Shown here: in pieces, positions 63,227 to 64,000 of the stretch
How positions within the stretch are numbered: position 1 is the stretch's first letter
Layout: every line of letters begins with the position of its first letter
Origin: Anolis carolinensis
Taxonomy: Eukaryota
DNA: 64,000 nt
Direction: 5' to 3'
Assembly (NCBI RefSeq): GCF_035594765.1
Contig: NC_085843.1
Location: 242,645,971-242,709,970, forward strand
Position numbers and translations under genes: made by a program
Notes under the pieces: model-generated
Databases searched by the model: none
What the model was told of the DNA's origin: nothing
The model's input: only the letters and a program-made list of their open reading frames with translations

Positions 63227-63883
63227 CAGTAGAACCCCGGTAGTCCGAGTTAAACGGGCGGACCTCAACTCGGTCAACCGGATAAGTCGGATTACCAGGC
63301 GGGACGCAGACTGGATCGGGAGGCGCTGCAAACGCCTCCCGATCCAGTCCTCGTCCCCATGGAGAGGCCTCCCCTCGGTTGGGAGCACCAGCGCAATGAA
63401 AAGGCTCTCCCTCCCTTTGGCGGAGGCCTGGAGCCAGGGAAGTGACTCCCGCTTCCCTGGCTCCAAGCCTTCGCCAAAGGAAGAAAGCCCCTTCATTCAG
63501 TGGGTGGGTGAACAGGGAGGGCCGCAAAAGCCCTCCCCGTTCCCCCACCCGCCCGCCCGCCCGTGCCTCGGCTCCCCGCCTCCAGGGCAGCAACACCGGT
63601 GCCGGGCGTGGCGAAGGAGTCGGACGTGCATGTTGCTAGGTAGATAGCAAGCTACCTAGCAACACGCATGGGGCGCTCGCCCCTTGGGATGTGCCCCCTG
63701 TGTGTTGCTAGGTAGCTTACTATCTACCTAGCAACACGCAGGGGCCACCTCCCAAGGGGCGAGCGCCCCGTGCATGTTGCTAGGTAGCTTGCTATCTACC
63801 TAGCAACACGCACGCCAGCGAGCACCTGCTTGGATTGCACGGAGGCTCGAACGAGCGGGGCTCGAACGAGCGGGGTTTTACTG
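63227..63883. mobile_element. GC-rich non-autonomous Tigger/pogo-like element with nested palindromes
   Basis: TA|CAGTAGAACCCCG ... CGGGGTTTTACTG|TA, with internal repeated hairpins TGTTGCTAGGTAG/CTACCTAGCAACA. Confidence 0.75.
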
Positions 63884-63890
63884 TATTACA

Positions 63891-63958
63891 ATTTCCTGCT
63901 TCTTGGCAGGGAGTTGGACTGGATGGCCCTTGAGATCTCTTCCAACTCTGATTCTATG
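63891..63958 (+). mobile_element. CR1 3' UTR end
   Basis: TTCCTGCTTCTTGGCAGGGAGTTGGACTGGATGGCCC..CTTCCAACTCTGATTCTATG. Confidence 0.8.
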
Positions 63959-64000
63959 AAAGGTGCAATTGTAACTGCCTCATACTTTAATAATTGCATC

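Overview
Vertebrate genomic DNA. The repeat landscape (Sauria SINE, CR1, L2, Penelope, R4/Dong, Vingi, RTE-X, DIRS, Helitron, SPIN-like hAT, Harbinger and Tigger MITEs) points to a squamate, most likely Anolis (inference). The window holds the conserved PAK2-PIGX-CEP19-NRROS block. PIGX is on the minus strand (6 coding exons, 241 aa, rebuilt by hand) and lies head-to-head with CEP19 on the plus strand (2 exons, 163 aa). NRROS/LRRC33 is on the minus strand (2 coding exons, 683 aa). A CpG island with a splice donor at ~11.1-11.4 kb is probably the non-coding first exon of PAK2, by synteny only. The most striking candidate is a 1087-bp solo LTR in a PIGX intron. Its U3 region carries an intact 140-aa ORF with a basic NLS-like patch and an LRDLF-acidic-FEGF motif. 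That motif resembles the TFIIS-N-domain/LEDGF-IBD interaction motif (TIM/IBM), so the ORF may be a retroelement accessory protein that mimics host chromatin tethers. Other notable items are an intact Penelope hammerhead ribozyme, PIGX uORFs with a possible signal-peptide-less isoform, a ~2-kb solo LTR with a degenerate motif array, a nested-palindrome Tigger-like element, and repeated insertion of hAT MITEs into Harbinger MITE termini. All calls were made by eye without database searches.
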